Source: Promethearchaeota archaeon
GTDB lineage: Archaea; Asgardarchaeota; Lokiarchaeia; Sigyniarchaeales; SOKP01
Reading direction: 5' to 3'
DNA: 64,000 nt
NCBI GenBank assembly: GCA_019057865.1
Contig: JAHLWP010000004.1
Coordinates: 100,045-164,044 of the forward strand
Every line of letters begins with the position of its first letter. The stretch's first letter is position 1. Made by a program: the position numbers and the translations under genes. The notes beneath the pieces are model-generated. The model saw nothing but the letters and a program-made list of their open reading frames with translations, was not told the origin of the DNA and searched no databases. Shown one piece after another: positions 41,201 through 49,980 of this stretch.

Positions 41201-41966
41201 GTCTGTATTCTGTCTCTGACATTCCTTTTGAACGAATAAGCCCCCTAATATTAATTTTAGGCAAAGTTTTACTGGTACCTTCCCCTGTTAATTTTCTCAA
41301 TCTTCTACTAAATTGCTGAAAGAATTTTTTAGTTATAACTTCTCCTTTTACTTCTTCAAGATAGGGTCTCTCTTCTCCTATTGCCACATCACGAATTATT
41401 TCTAGAATTTCGTGGGGTTTTTTTTGAATGGGTTTCATCGAATTTGAAGATTTATCATGAATTAGAATATACCATTCATTAAAATTGGTCACAACAGCAT
41501 TATATTTTTGTTCTAATCCAACACATTTTTCGAACCATTCTTGAGCTTGTTCAATTCCTTCCTCTCTTTTATCATCTTTTTTATCTCTCTTTTTGTCTAA
41601 TCTTTTATTAAGAGCCTCTACTTCAAACAGTAAAGATTTTCCTTTCCCTGCGTTTAGAATCCCAAAATCTGGAAAACGCTCAATATCTTTTCCTTCAAAA
41701 TGTTTAGAGATTAAACGGACTTGATCTATTATCAAATCATCTGAAATATCTACTTTATATAGTAATCTTTTTACAAATTTATCTGTTAAGGGTTCTGGTT
41801 GGGAACCTTTCGTTAATGGCAACGGTTTTATATATTTAGAAGATAAAACTAATCTTTTATCCGCTTTTTGATCTAGACTAAATAAACATGCTCTAATTTC
41901 GTCATTATCAATAACTTTTTCCATAAATTTCTCTCTTGCTTCTTGAAAAATAACTTGAAAATTCAA
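38259..41966 (-). CDS. Type IIG (Eco57I-like) restriction-modification enzyme: PD-(D/E)xK-like nuclease, N6-adenine MTase and TaqI_C-like TRD
   Basis: FPDF...FEVE, LPYLNGGLF, LGYIFE, GAYYT, DPAIGSGAF, YGVDIN, FHW..EF, TNPPYG, YL.AILNS, HLPI. Confidence 0.92.
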   Translation of the reverse strand: MNFQVIFQEAREKFMEKVIDNDEIRACLFSLDQKADKRLVLSSKYIKPLPLTKGSQPEPLTDKFVKRLLYKVDISDDLIIDQVRLISKHFEGKDIERFPDFGILNAGKGKSLLFEVEALNKRLDKKRDKKDDKREEGIEQAQEWFEKCVGLEQKYNAVVTNFNEWYILIHDKSSNSMKPIQKKPHEILEIIRDVAIGEERPYLEEVKGEVITKKFFQQFSRRLRKLTGEGTSKTLPKINIRGLIRSKGMSETEYRQEKINYYRTIFFRMMFIKILLDWKLLRFDPVQEILDNEEPRNYFKSLMDLFFNVFNNEGERIDVLEKFKELPYLNGGLFRVSEIEESNPTISLNSDAIIDIWQFLKTYNFTLKEEGEEQSKKNNSINPSILGYIFEKSIGDYRKETGAYYTRSLITRYMAKNTLERYLLDNINKKFKNKLVWTLETVTQFKMLSLEHKSEIYEYSIELLKNVKICDPAIGSGAFLVSIGNLMVDYYNFFIRNVDLIELSYKSKEKIEGDRRPFKDLFDLKSFIVQNNLYGVDINPSAVEICELRLWLWIVQPPPQYDTIGLEIEPLPNIEYNIRVGNSLLGYTKSIKKVDVVTKRGKKIISGLSPLSEWAGKKEDSLRQMLIERNKKIRRYYGQETQVERESLRLEIKELTNKYVDNFDKLLLGDFQKKNITGREITILPQEFNDIDLTNIESITIRSKKDTEFDITEEEKDSFKKDEKSQVIRGITFRKNYISFTNRVFSPDRKDKFKAQDPETLFKNLLNLIDKDTIKDIKITYFIGLEDLRTINPFHWSMEFSDFFTTKGFDIILTNPPYGNILSPLEKLILKESDKITEDAYLNFLLRIARKEIPCQYAGILTPKSYLLRQKYLSVRNFLLENVGIYEITDIGSNQFQGPTNEVQILFFHGNKSYSRKLKIKDLFDNETIIEYDLDKDGENPFEIDNIRICQNRTCKYYDGNADFYYYTEYIKCPECNNDTAVLNRIRIKQTEPIYKLIKKIEKKADLNFLNTVDFPKMIRGEEDTGLTEVRKIIKENVEGTCYFIDAKNDFKYNYIDKNKSFNLEEISADELKGENYEYYMNKKLLIKHNSIVPETIYTEEPVCFTSSIYSLLHKDNKMLKYLSAILNSSLIQFYCWYAINNQKDTTINLNQYMIRHLPIVEANQGIIDVITENVDHLTLRLEENNGQINNESKAIYREIDNLIFDIYSISEGERDLIDHLNSTHIEYFKNIYDH

Positions 41967-42100
41967 GCTGATTCCCCCATTATTATACTAATGATTATTC
42001 TGTACTGTTTTTTCATCTCAAATTGTTTATTTTTTATCAAATTCATTCTATAATTTAATTAATTCTTTTTTTCATTTTAAATAATTTATTAACCATCTTG

Positions 42101-42898
42101 TTAATAAAAGGAATTTATATATGTCTGCTTTTTTCCGCTAAATTCTTCAACCTCAAAAATCTTGATAATTAAAAAATCTGCCGCATTAACTAAATGAATA
42201 TCATCAATAAATTTGTTCTCAAAGGTGATAAAGTTTTGTGTATTGTTATTTATCCGTAATTCTATATTTAACTCCTCAAAGGGAACCTTTAAATGAGTCC
42301 AATTCCCTCTTGATTGTTCCTTGGCAATTTCCAAATATTTTCTCGTCTCAGTTATCTTTTTTGGATTTTTAATAATAACTTTATTATCACCATCCCAACA
42401 AGAAATTGCAGTAAAATCTTTTATACCTAAAGCATTAACAAAAGCATCTAACTGATCCCTTTTATATTGAAACAAAAGGGGTTGATATCTATAACCAAAG
42501 TAATATTGTGTATTTAACTTATTAAGAAGATCATCGCTTAATTTATTCGATATCTTAGCTCTAGTATAAAAACATAATACTCTTTTTCTGGGGTTGAAAA
42601 TGATTTTTATTAGGATCGGATACTGTCTAGTCTCACTTAATACAGGAATTTCAGCATAATTAAAATAAGATAATTCAGTCCCAAGGGTAGGTATATTTTT
42701 TACATCAATTTCAAAATAATCAGAAATATAATAATTTTCATTTACGGGTTCTAATATCTTCTTGTAGAATCCTGCCTGAAGAATATTCGAATTTTTGTCA
42801 AATTTTGCTAAATGATTAGAGTCCATTATAATTTGTTGTCTAATTATATCTATATTATCCTTTACCGCAGCATCAAAATATATTCTTAATGATGGCAT
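42101..42898 (-). CDS. Hypothetical protein with a C-terminal PCNA-interacting PIP-box (QTYINSFY)
   Basis: The last 8 residues match Q-x-x-I-x-x-F-Y; 3 bp from the upstream ATPase gene. Confidence 0.65.
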   Translation of the reverse strand: MPSLRIYFDAAVKDNIDIIRQQIIMDSNHLAKFDKNSNILQAGFYKKILEPVNENYYISDYFEIDVKNIPTLGTELSYFNYAEIPVLSETRQYPILIKIIFNPRKRVLCFYTRAKISNKLSDDLLNKLNTQYYFGYRYQPLLFQYKRDQLDAFVNALGIKDFTAISCWDGDNKVIIKNPKKITETRKYLEIAKEQSRGNWTHLKVPFEELNIELRINNNTQNFITFENKFIDDIHLVNAADFLIIKIFEVEEFSGKKQTYINSFY

Positions 42899-42901
42899 GT
42901 C

Positions 42902-44035
42902 TTAACCTCTTTCTTTGAATACATAGTCTTTTCTTAACTTAGCTTCATAAAAACTTAAAAATATTTCATTGATCTGATACCGAGAAGGATTTCCATATTT
43001 TATTTTCTTAAACACATGCTTTCTGGTTAAATTCTCTAAATATTTCCAAGCAACAGTTCTATCAAAATCCAAGTCATCTTTTAAATTGGAAGTGGTAATA
43101 TACGTCTTATTAGGTAATGCTAAATAATAATCAATTATTTCTTGTTCTTTGGTAGTGATCTTTTGGGTCTTTATGCTTAAATAATTTGCTATAAACTTTT
43201 CTATTAATGATACAGGTATTACCCTTAAATTTATGATTCGTGCTTGGTGATGAATCTCTTTGAAAAAGAGAAAACATATATTCAAATTTCCGTGAAAGGA
43301 TTCTGCCATTTTGGGTAATAGATCATTAATAATTGTATCATGATATTGTCTCGAACTTTGAGTATGTTCTAAAAATTTCTCTATCCTTCTTGTAAAAACG
43401 TCAATAATATTAATACGAGAGTAATTATTAAAGTAGATCTCCCTATTAACAAGAATATCATTATTAAAAGGATAATTTCGTGTGTGCCATATTGAAAATG
43501 TTAATTTGGTATTTTCTTTATAATCCTTTATTCTTTTTAAAAAGAGATATTTATTTTTACCTGAACAAGATATAATCCTGACATCAAGCTTACGATTATC
43601 TAGCTCATTTAATTCTTTTTGTGAAATGGATTTATTATTTTTATAATCATAGCAAAATTCAAGATTGTAAAATTCAAATGTGAATTCAGGAAATGATTCC
43701 TCAATAATTTTAGTTATAATTTTTAACGTCGTATGTTTCCCAATGCCTTTAGAACCAATGATTGCAATATGAAGATTATAGGGAAGATTTTTCGCTTTTC
43801 CAAAATATCCAGAGATAACCTTAATTTCTGCTTCACAATTTACAAATAATTTAATTAGATCTTCTGTGAATAGCTCTTCAGGTCGAAATCCTCCAAGAGG
43901 GTCTTCAAAATAAAAAAAATTTCGAAACCAAAAAGGGGATACATCAACTAAAGCCTCCTCATGTTCTATACTATCCTTTACAGATGAAATTATTAATTCT
44001 CTAATATCCTTTAGAGGATTATTCTGATTATTCAT
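42902..44035 (-). CDS. Degenerate Cdc6/Orc1-like AAA+ P-loop protein with a C-terminal winged helix
   Basis: LFVNCEAEI, Walker A GSKGIGKHT, no clear Walker B, GNLN instead of GN.R, C-terminal DRTVAWKYLENL...RYQI wHTH. Confidence 0.65.
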   Translation of the reverse strand: MNNQNNPLKDIRELIISSVKDSIEHEEALVDVSPFWFRNFFYFEDPLGGFRPEELFTEDLIKLFVNCEAEIKVISGYFGKAKNLPYNLHIAIIGSKGIGKHTTLKIITKIIEESFPEFTFEFYNLEFCYDYKNNKSISQKELNELDNRKLDVRIISCSGKNKYLFLKRIKDYKENTKLTFSIWHTRNYPFNNDILVNREIYFNNYSRINIIDVFTRRIEKFLEHTQSSRQYHDTIINDLLPKMAESFHGNLNICFLFFKEIHHQARIINLRVIPVSLIEKFIANYLSIKTQKITTKEQEIIDYYLALPNKTYITTSNLKDDLDFDRTVAWKYLENLTRKHVFKKIKYGNPSRYQINEIFLSFYEAKLRKDYVFKERG

Positions 44036-44218
44036 GATGCTGCTTTTGACATTTTAATAGATTATTCTACATTAATAACATTGGTTATTTAAAAATATAA
44101 ACTTTTTGGAATTATTAATTTTTAAAGAATTAAACAACTAATAGAAATATTTATATATGAGATATGAAACATTAGTAACATAGATATAAATTTTTTTGCC
44201 CTCAAAAGTGATGGAAAA

Positions 44219-44668
44219 ATGAATATTAATATGTTTGTTACACGGGGTAAACCATTAGAAACTCTAATGGTTAAAGCATACTCCATAGATAGAACGATTC
44301 CTCCTGATGATTACTATCGAATAACAAAAGGAGCCGAATGGAAGCTTTTTAATAATAAATTCTCTGCTACTACATATGGAGATAAACTTTGTTTTATAGG
44401 GAATGGAAAAGATCCACTTAGTGAATTCGAAATAAATAACTATAAATTTACTTTAGCCGACCAGAATATATTATTAAATGCTAAAGAGCATAAAATAATG
44501 CTTTCACAACTTGTAGAAAGTAGTTTTAAGCAAAAAATGTTTTCTCTTGATTTTGAGCGCTCTGAAGGTCAAAAATACTATAATAAAATACCCTATAAAC
44601 AAGATTTCTTTTCTTTTTATGATGCGTTCTACTCAGAAGTTGAGGTCTTTCATAATTTCAACTATTAA
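44219..44668 (+). pseudogene. Probable N-terminal (N/L1) remnant of a long prokaryotic Argonaute
   Basis: N-terminal NMF strand, then a helix (LSQLVESSFKQKM) and an L1-like KYY..P...FY.AF...V.V pattern; stops at 149 aa with no PAZ/MID/PIWI. Confidence 0.4.
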
Positions 44669-44893
44669 AGCGATATCCTCCTCCATCTAAATTCTTCCTC
44701 TTTTTATATTGAAATAAAAATTTTTTTATGTTAAAAGATATTATAAAAACGCCTTAGAAAGCTAAAAATCTCTAAATTAAAAGGTTTTTTATGTATTAGT
44801 AGAATTGATAATATAATTCTGAATAACCAAATTAAAATTAAAAGAAAGATAATAATAATTTTTAAAATCTTCTCCTTTTTTATAATTATAAAA

Positions 44894-45648
44894 TTGAGTA
44901 GTGATATACAATATCAATAAAACATTTTAATGGAATAGTAGATAATAAAGAGATTTCATTAGCTATTCATTGGTGGCTATCTGAGAATTGCAAAGGTAAG
45001 AAAGAGATTTTTGGACAAATTCGACCCCTATTGATGTTTTTTTTTGATTATATAAATTCCATATATACGATAATTAAAATTCACCCATTACCTAAAGCAG
45101 AAATAATAAATATAGGTTTAGTATCAAAAGGAAAACATAGTATTTACATATATAATTCACTAACTCCTTTTGAATTCTTTTCTTTGAGAGGGATTTTAGC
45201 TTTAATAGGGGATTTATATTTTTTAATAAAAGAAACCAAAAAGCTAAGTAAGTACTTAGATAATGAGATTTTATTTGATTTAATAAGCAATTACTTACCA
45301 AAATTAAAGAAATTTAGGTATGCACGCAATTATTTTGCTCATTTTGATGAAAGAATCGGTAAAGGAAGAGAAATTCATGGAGTAACAGGTAAATTAAAAT
45401 TACATAACTTAGGGATAAAATTTAATGAAGATTCTGATGGTTGTTTTTATTTAGCCTTGATTGGAGATAAATTATATTACCATGATAAACAAAAATTTGA
45501 AAAAAATCCAACACCTAAATCGATTTCATTTAATAAAGAGAGTCTAAAAGATATTTTTTTTCTAGCAAAAGATTTATATGATTTGGTTACAACACATTCC
45601 ATTCATCCAACTAAATATAGATCATCAAAATTATTATTCTATTTTTAG
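44894..45648 (+). CDS. HEPN-like (R-x4-H) protein; probable true start TTG 44894 with a 1-nt frameshift near 44916
   Basis: RNYFAHFDER motif; the frame is open from 44905 (IKHFNGIVDNKEISLAIHWW...), upstream of the called start at 45031. Confidence 0.55.
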
Positions 45649-45831
45649 TATAAGTTGGATGATATTTATTGAAAAGATAATAAATTTCAAAATCTTTAAA
45701 ACTCTCGAAAAATCTGAATCAGAGATTATAATTCTGAGGTAAATAAATCAAAAGAATAGAATATATTTCAATGCATTAATGTAATAAGATTATATTTTAG
45801 ATATGTCTCTTTAAATTATTGATAAATGATA

Positions 45832-47634
45832 TTATAAACAATATCTTCTTAATATTAGATATATCCAATATATTGTTAAGTAGAATAAAAGATTAGTTAT
45901 TTCTGGTTCATATGGATTATCGTGGCTTCCATAATATGATAATAAACCGTACAATTTATGTGAAAAATTCTTTTCAAGATGTTTATCATGCTTATCATAT
46001 GGATTTCCTAAAGTTTTCATTATAATTTTCGTATTTTCTAAAATTTGTAAATTCTTATGCAGTCCATATTTTCTACCCTCAAAATTTCTAGTAATTTCAT
46101 TCACAACACATTCAAATACTACTCTTAAGAGAGCAATTGAAGCAATTCTCCCTTCTCCATACAATTCCAGAGCCTCATTAAAAACTCTCAAACAATTTTT
46201 GAAATTTTTTTTTTCTAATTTATCCTTAATATATGAAATCTTTATTTGTAAATCATCTAAGTAGCTATACTCTGGAATATGTTCTGTGTCATAATGTTCT
46301 CTAATTCTATTATGTATACTTGAATTTAAAAAATCTATACTCATTCTAAGTAAATTTAAATAATTACCTAGTGAATCTCCTTTTAATTGATCTTCTCTCT
46401 TAATTTCTTCTCTCTCTTCATATAGATAATAATGCGTTAGATTGTATAATTCTAAATACGCTTTGAAATTGATTTGAAAATTATCCATGACACTATATAA
46501 ATTTTCAATTAAACGATTTCTTTGATTAAATTTAATTGGAATTTTTTTTGGATTTAACCAAATCAAATACTTTATAAATTTCGATAAAAAAATTCTTCCA
46601 TAATCGCCCCAAAAATCGAAAGTGTTATTAAATGACATCAATAATGATTGTAATGCTTTTTTTTCTGAAAGACTTCTGCTAAAATAGTAAATATATGGAT
46701 CTATCTTTTTTTCTTTTCCTGTTTGTAAATTTATTATTCGGGGGGTCTTATATTCCACTTCAGACAAAATTGGTGTCTGAAATAATAATTCAAAATCAGA
46801 AAAGTCTTCAATTTCATTTAAAAATTCAAACAAATAAGCACTTTTTATTTTATTATTAAATAGTTCAATTTCATTTTGAGAGAACGCTTTAAAAGTTAAA
46901 AATTTAGAATAATTAAAAAAAAGGGGAAATGCTTCTTTATATTGCATAATTGTATCTTCATAATCTAATATTTGTGAAAGTGTAATACTAGGAATGGGTA
47001 ATCTTGAAAAATAAAAGGTTGGCATTTTAATACCTAAATTTATTAGATCAGCAAATTTAGAATTAGAAGGAACAGCAAGAACCATAAAGAAGATTTTAGA
47101 TATTTTTAACAAGAAAATCGAAAATTCTAACTGTTCTTTAATATTACTTGTAAATTTGTAATTAATAAACTCATATGAAGTAATTCTTTTTTTAGGTATA
47201 AATTTTTTTATTCCTTTTTTTTCAAAATAATAAAACCTTTGTCTATTTTTCCACTTTTTCTTTTCTATTTCAATATTAAATTCATCTAAATTTAGAATGT
47301 CTCTAAACAGTTTTGGGACTTTTAATACTTTCTGATTATTTTTAATGGGTATAAGATTCTCATCATATGGGTATTCATAAAATAAATTTGAAATAACTTT
47401 ATATTTCCATCCACCAAACTTAGTAAAATAATTACCTTTATAATATCTTAACAGCATTTCTATTTCTTTCTTTATCATAAATAATACTAATAGTGAAGAT
47501 AAAGTCATTACCATAATAGAATATATATTTATTCCATGTGATAACAATGTGAATAAAAAAAAAGCATGCAAGAAGAAAATTAAAAAAATAAAACAACTAT
47601 AAATGGTATAATTTAGAAATTTTTTAAAATTCAT
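45832..47634 (-). CDS. Two-TM membrane-anchored protein with a C-terminal Abi/HEPN-related helical domain
   Basis: N-terminal hydrophobic pair; C-terminal EALELY...SIALLRVVFE...LYGLLSYYGSH pattern. Confidence 0.5.
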   Translation of the reverse strand: MNFKKFLNYTIYSCFIFLIFFLHAFFLFTLLSHGINIYSIMVMTLSSLLVLFMIKKEIEMLLRYYKGNYFTKFGGWKYKVISNLFYEYPYDENLIPIKNNQKVLKVPKLFRDILNLDEFNIEIEKKKWKNRQRFYYFEKKGIKKFIPKKRITSYEFINYKFTSNIKEQLEFSIFLLKISKIFFMVLAVPSNSKFADLINLGIKMPTFYFSRLPIPSITLSQILDYEDTIMQYKEAFPLFFNYSKFLTFKAFSQNEIELFNNKIKSAYLFEFLNEIEDFSDFELLFQTPILSEVEYKTPRIINLQTGKEKKIDPYIYYFSRSLSEKKALQSLLMSFNNTFDFWGDYGRIFLSKFIKYLIWLNPKKIPIKFNQRNRLIENLYSVMDNFQINFKAYLELYNLTHYYLYEEREEIKREDQLKGDSLGNYLNLLRMSIDFLNSSIHNRIREHYDTEHIPEYSYLDDLQIKISYIKDKLEKKNFKNCLRVFNEALELYGEGRIASIALLRVVFECVVNEITRNFEGRKYGLHKNLQILENTKIIMKTLGNPYDKHDKHLEKNFSHKLYGLLSYYGSHDNPYEPEITNLLFYLTIYWIYLILRRYCL

Positions 47635-48140
47635 TTAAAAATTCCAAAAAAGTGTCGTTTTTCTGAATTGTTGGTCTTTTTATTTGTATTTTTTTCTACA
47701 AATATATTTATTCTTTCCATATTTAAATTTTTAGAAATGGATTCAATAGTTTTTAAATTAGTAAGCAGAATAACAACATCGTATAATTTTATTCTTTTAA
47801 AAAGAAAATTTTTTTCATTTAACCGGTAATTAAAGCAAAATGATTTTGTATGGTTTTACTACTATTTATTCTTCTAGTTTTTAATGGTATTAGATATCAC
47901 CATTATTAAATTAAAAATATGGAAAAGAATAATAAGGGAAATATTTATCGTACAAATCTCTTTTTTGTTCGATTGAAAATTTAGCCTAATGTTTAATCTG
48001 AGTAGAATCACTAATTTTGTGTTTTGTCAAACTCTCACTTATCCATAATGGACAATCTATATTGATCAATCGATTATTAATCATGAAGTATATATATATT
48101 AAGTGTAAAAAAAATATATCCTTATATTCAATAATGTTTA

Positions 48141-49049
48141 TTATGCTTGTTTTGCTAGTCTAATTAGTTTTTTGTAATATTTTCGTAAAGTGGGTTCAGT
48201 TACTTTTATTGCTAATGAAATTTCTCTCTGAGATCTACGTTCTCCTTCTAATAACGTAGCAGTATAGATAGCTGCTCCTGCAATTCCAATATGCGATTTA
48301 CCAATAAGAAATCCGTCTTTCTCCGCTAATTTCAATAGTTCAAATGCTCGATTTTGAACTTTTCCGGATAGATTTAACTCTGTACAGAATCTAGAAATAT
48401 AAATCATTGGTGAAGATACACCAATTTTTATATTCAATTCTTTTGAGAGTAATCTAGAATACCGAGAGATTTTAATTTTTGGGATTGGTAGCAGATCATT
48501 AAAATCTTCAAAAGTCTTAGGAATATTATAAGATTTCCAAGAGATATAAATTGCTGCTAATAATAATGCTTCAATAGATCTTCCTACAGTAAGTTTTTTA
48601 TTAACAGCTTTCCTAAGGATATATGCGGTAAATATTTTAGAATCTTTTGACATTTTTAATTGTGAAGCTAATCGATCTAATTGACTCATAGCATAAGCAA
48701 GATTTTTTTCGGCAGATTTAATCCTTCGAGTTCTTGTGTGCCATTTCCGTAAACGATGAAAATCTGACATAGTTTGAGGATTGATGGACTTCCCAAAAGC
48801 ATCCTTATTTTTCCGATCTATTGAAGTACTTAATCCTTTATCATATAAAGTGAGGTTTATTGGGGAATCTACTCTAATTTTATTTTTTGCTTCTTCAGAG
48901 GTAAATGCTCGCCATTCGGGACCAGGATCTACAATTCTCTGGGATAATACCAATCTACATACATTACAGCTAATCTCACCCCGAATATTATCTGAAATTA
49001 GAACATCATTCCCACATTCTGGACATGTTTCTATTTTTTTCTTTAGCAT
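48141..49049 (-). CDS. tfb: Transcription initiation factor IIB (TFB) paralog
   Basis: CPECG...CNVC Zn ribbon, GPEWRAF B-finger, RLRKW, GRSIE, two cyclin repeats, VTEPTLR. Confidence 0.95.
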   Translation of the reverse strand: MLKKKIETCPECGNDVLISDNIRGEISCNVCRLVLSQRIVDPGPEWRAFTSEEAKNKIRVDSPINLTLYDKGLSTSIDRKNKDAFGKSINPQTMSDFHRLRKWHTRTRRIKSAEKNLAYAMSQLDRLASQLKMSKDSKIFTAYILRKAVNKKLTVGRSIEALLLAAIYISWKSYNIPKTFEDFNDLLPIPKIKISRYSRLLSKELNIKIGVSSPMIYISRFCTELNLSGKVQNRAFELLKLAEKDGFLIGKSHIGIAGAAIYTATLLEGERRSQREISLAIKVTEPTLRKYYKKLIRLAKQA

Positions 49050-49293
49050 TCTTTTATATTCAATTGCTTTTGTGTAAATTATTTGAACATTTAACTTTCA
49101 AATAAGAATTTAAGAGTTTCATTAATAGTTATTTTACTCTGATTTTTATTTAATAGATTAATTATACTTCTCACTTTCTTTATTTAAATTACAATTAAAG
49201 TCAAAGTAAAGTTCATAAAGATCTTCGTAGTTTAAAGGAAAAAATTTCAAACTAAATTATTATTGTCACCCTGAAAAAGAGAAAGAATAGGAT

Positions 49294-49725
49294 TCAACTT
49301 AATTTTTTCATTAGCTTCCGATTTAACAATTTTACTATATTTTTAATGAATTTGCTAATATTGAAAGAAATTGATTTAAAAATATTTCTAAGAAACAAAA
49401 TAGTTGAAAATTTAGCCGGCTCTGGCATTTCACATTTTTCTTCTATTTTAAAATAATTACGTGGAAAAATTTGTAGCTCAAGAGAATTGTATTTAACCAC
49501 ATAATCAATTTTATAAGAACCCCTTGAAATATAATTTTTATCAATATAATTTAAGAAATTATGATTGCATATTACCCCTTTCTCTATTGAAACGCTTATT
49601 AATCCGCCACGAGCTTTTAATGTCAAAATCTCAGATAATTCTAAATATTTTTGGGTTTTACATACAGGGCATACTAATAGGATTTCCTTAGGTTTAAAGG
49701 TTTTATTTGTATGAACTGTGATCAT
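49294..49725 (-). CDS. Lokiarchaeal-type small Zn-binding protein
   Basis: CPVC...GLISVSI..G.ICNH.F..YIDKN...RG pattern, which I recall from a Lokiarchaeia-expanded family. Confidence 0.55.
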   Translation of the reverse strand: MITVHTNKTFKPKEILLVCPVCKTQKYLELSEILTLKARGGLISVSIEKGVICNHNFLNYIDKNYISRGSYKIDYVVKYNSLELQIFPRNYFKIEEKCEMPEPAKFSTILFLRNIFKSISFNISKFIKNIVKLLNRKLMKKLS

Positions 49726-49980
49726 AGTACTTATTTAATTTCCTATTTAAGTTTTTAACAGAAAGAGAGTGATGATGTGAATTTCCAAAATAAACGCTAA
49801 ATTTTCCAAAAAAAAAGCAAATATTTTATTCTACTTTTTCTTACTGTCTGCTCATTCTAAAAATGTTTCAAAAATAATAATAAATTGCTATATTTCATTT
49901 CATTTAACCTATTAAATTTAAAAGAATGAATTGCTATTTTTTAATTAAAACAAAAATCTGATTAGATTTGGCGATATTAT

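Noticed and set aside
42902-44035. Bona fide Orc1/Cdc6 with a chromosomal origin
   Set aside because: Walker B and sensor-2 are missing, and no ORB-like repeats are visible nearby
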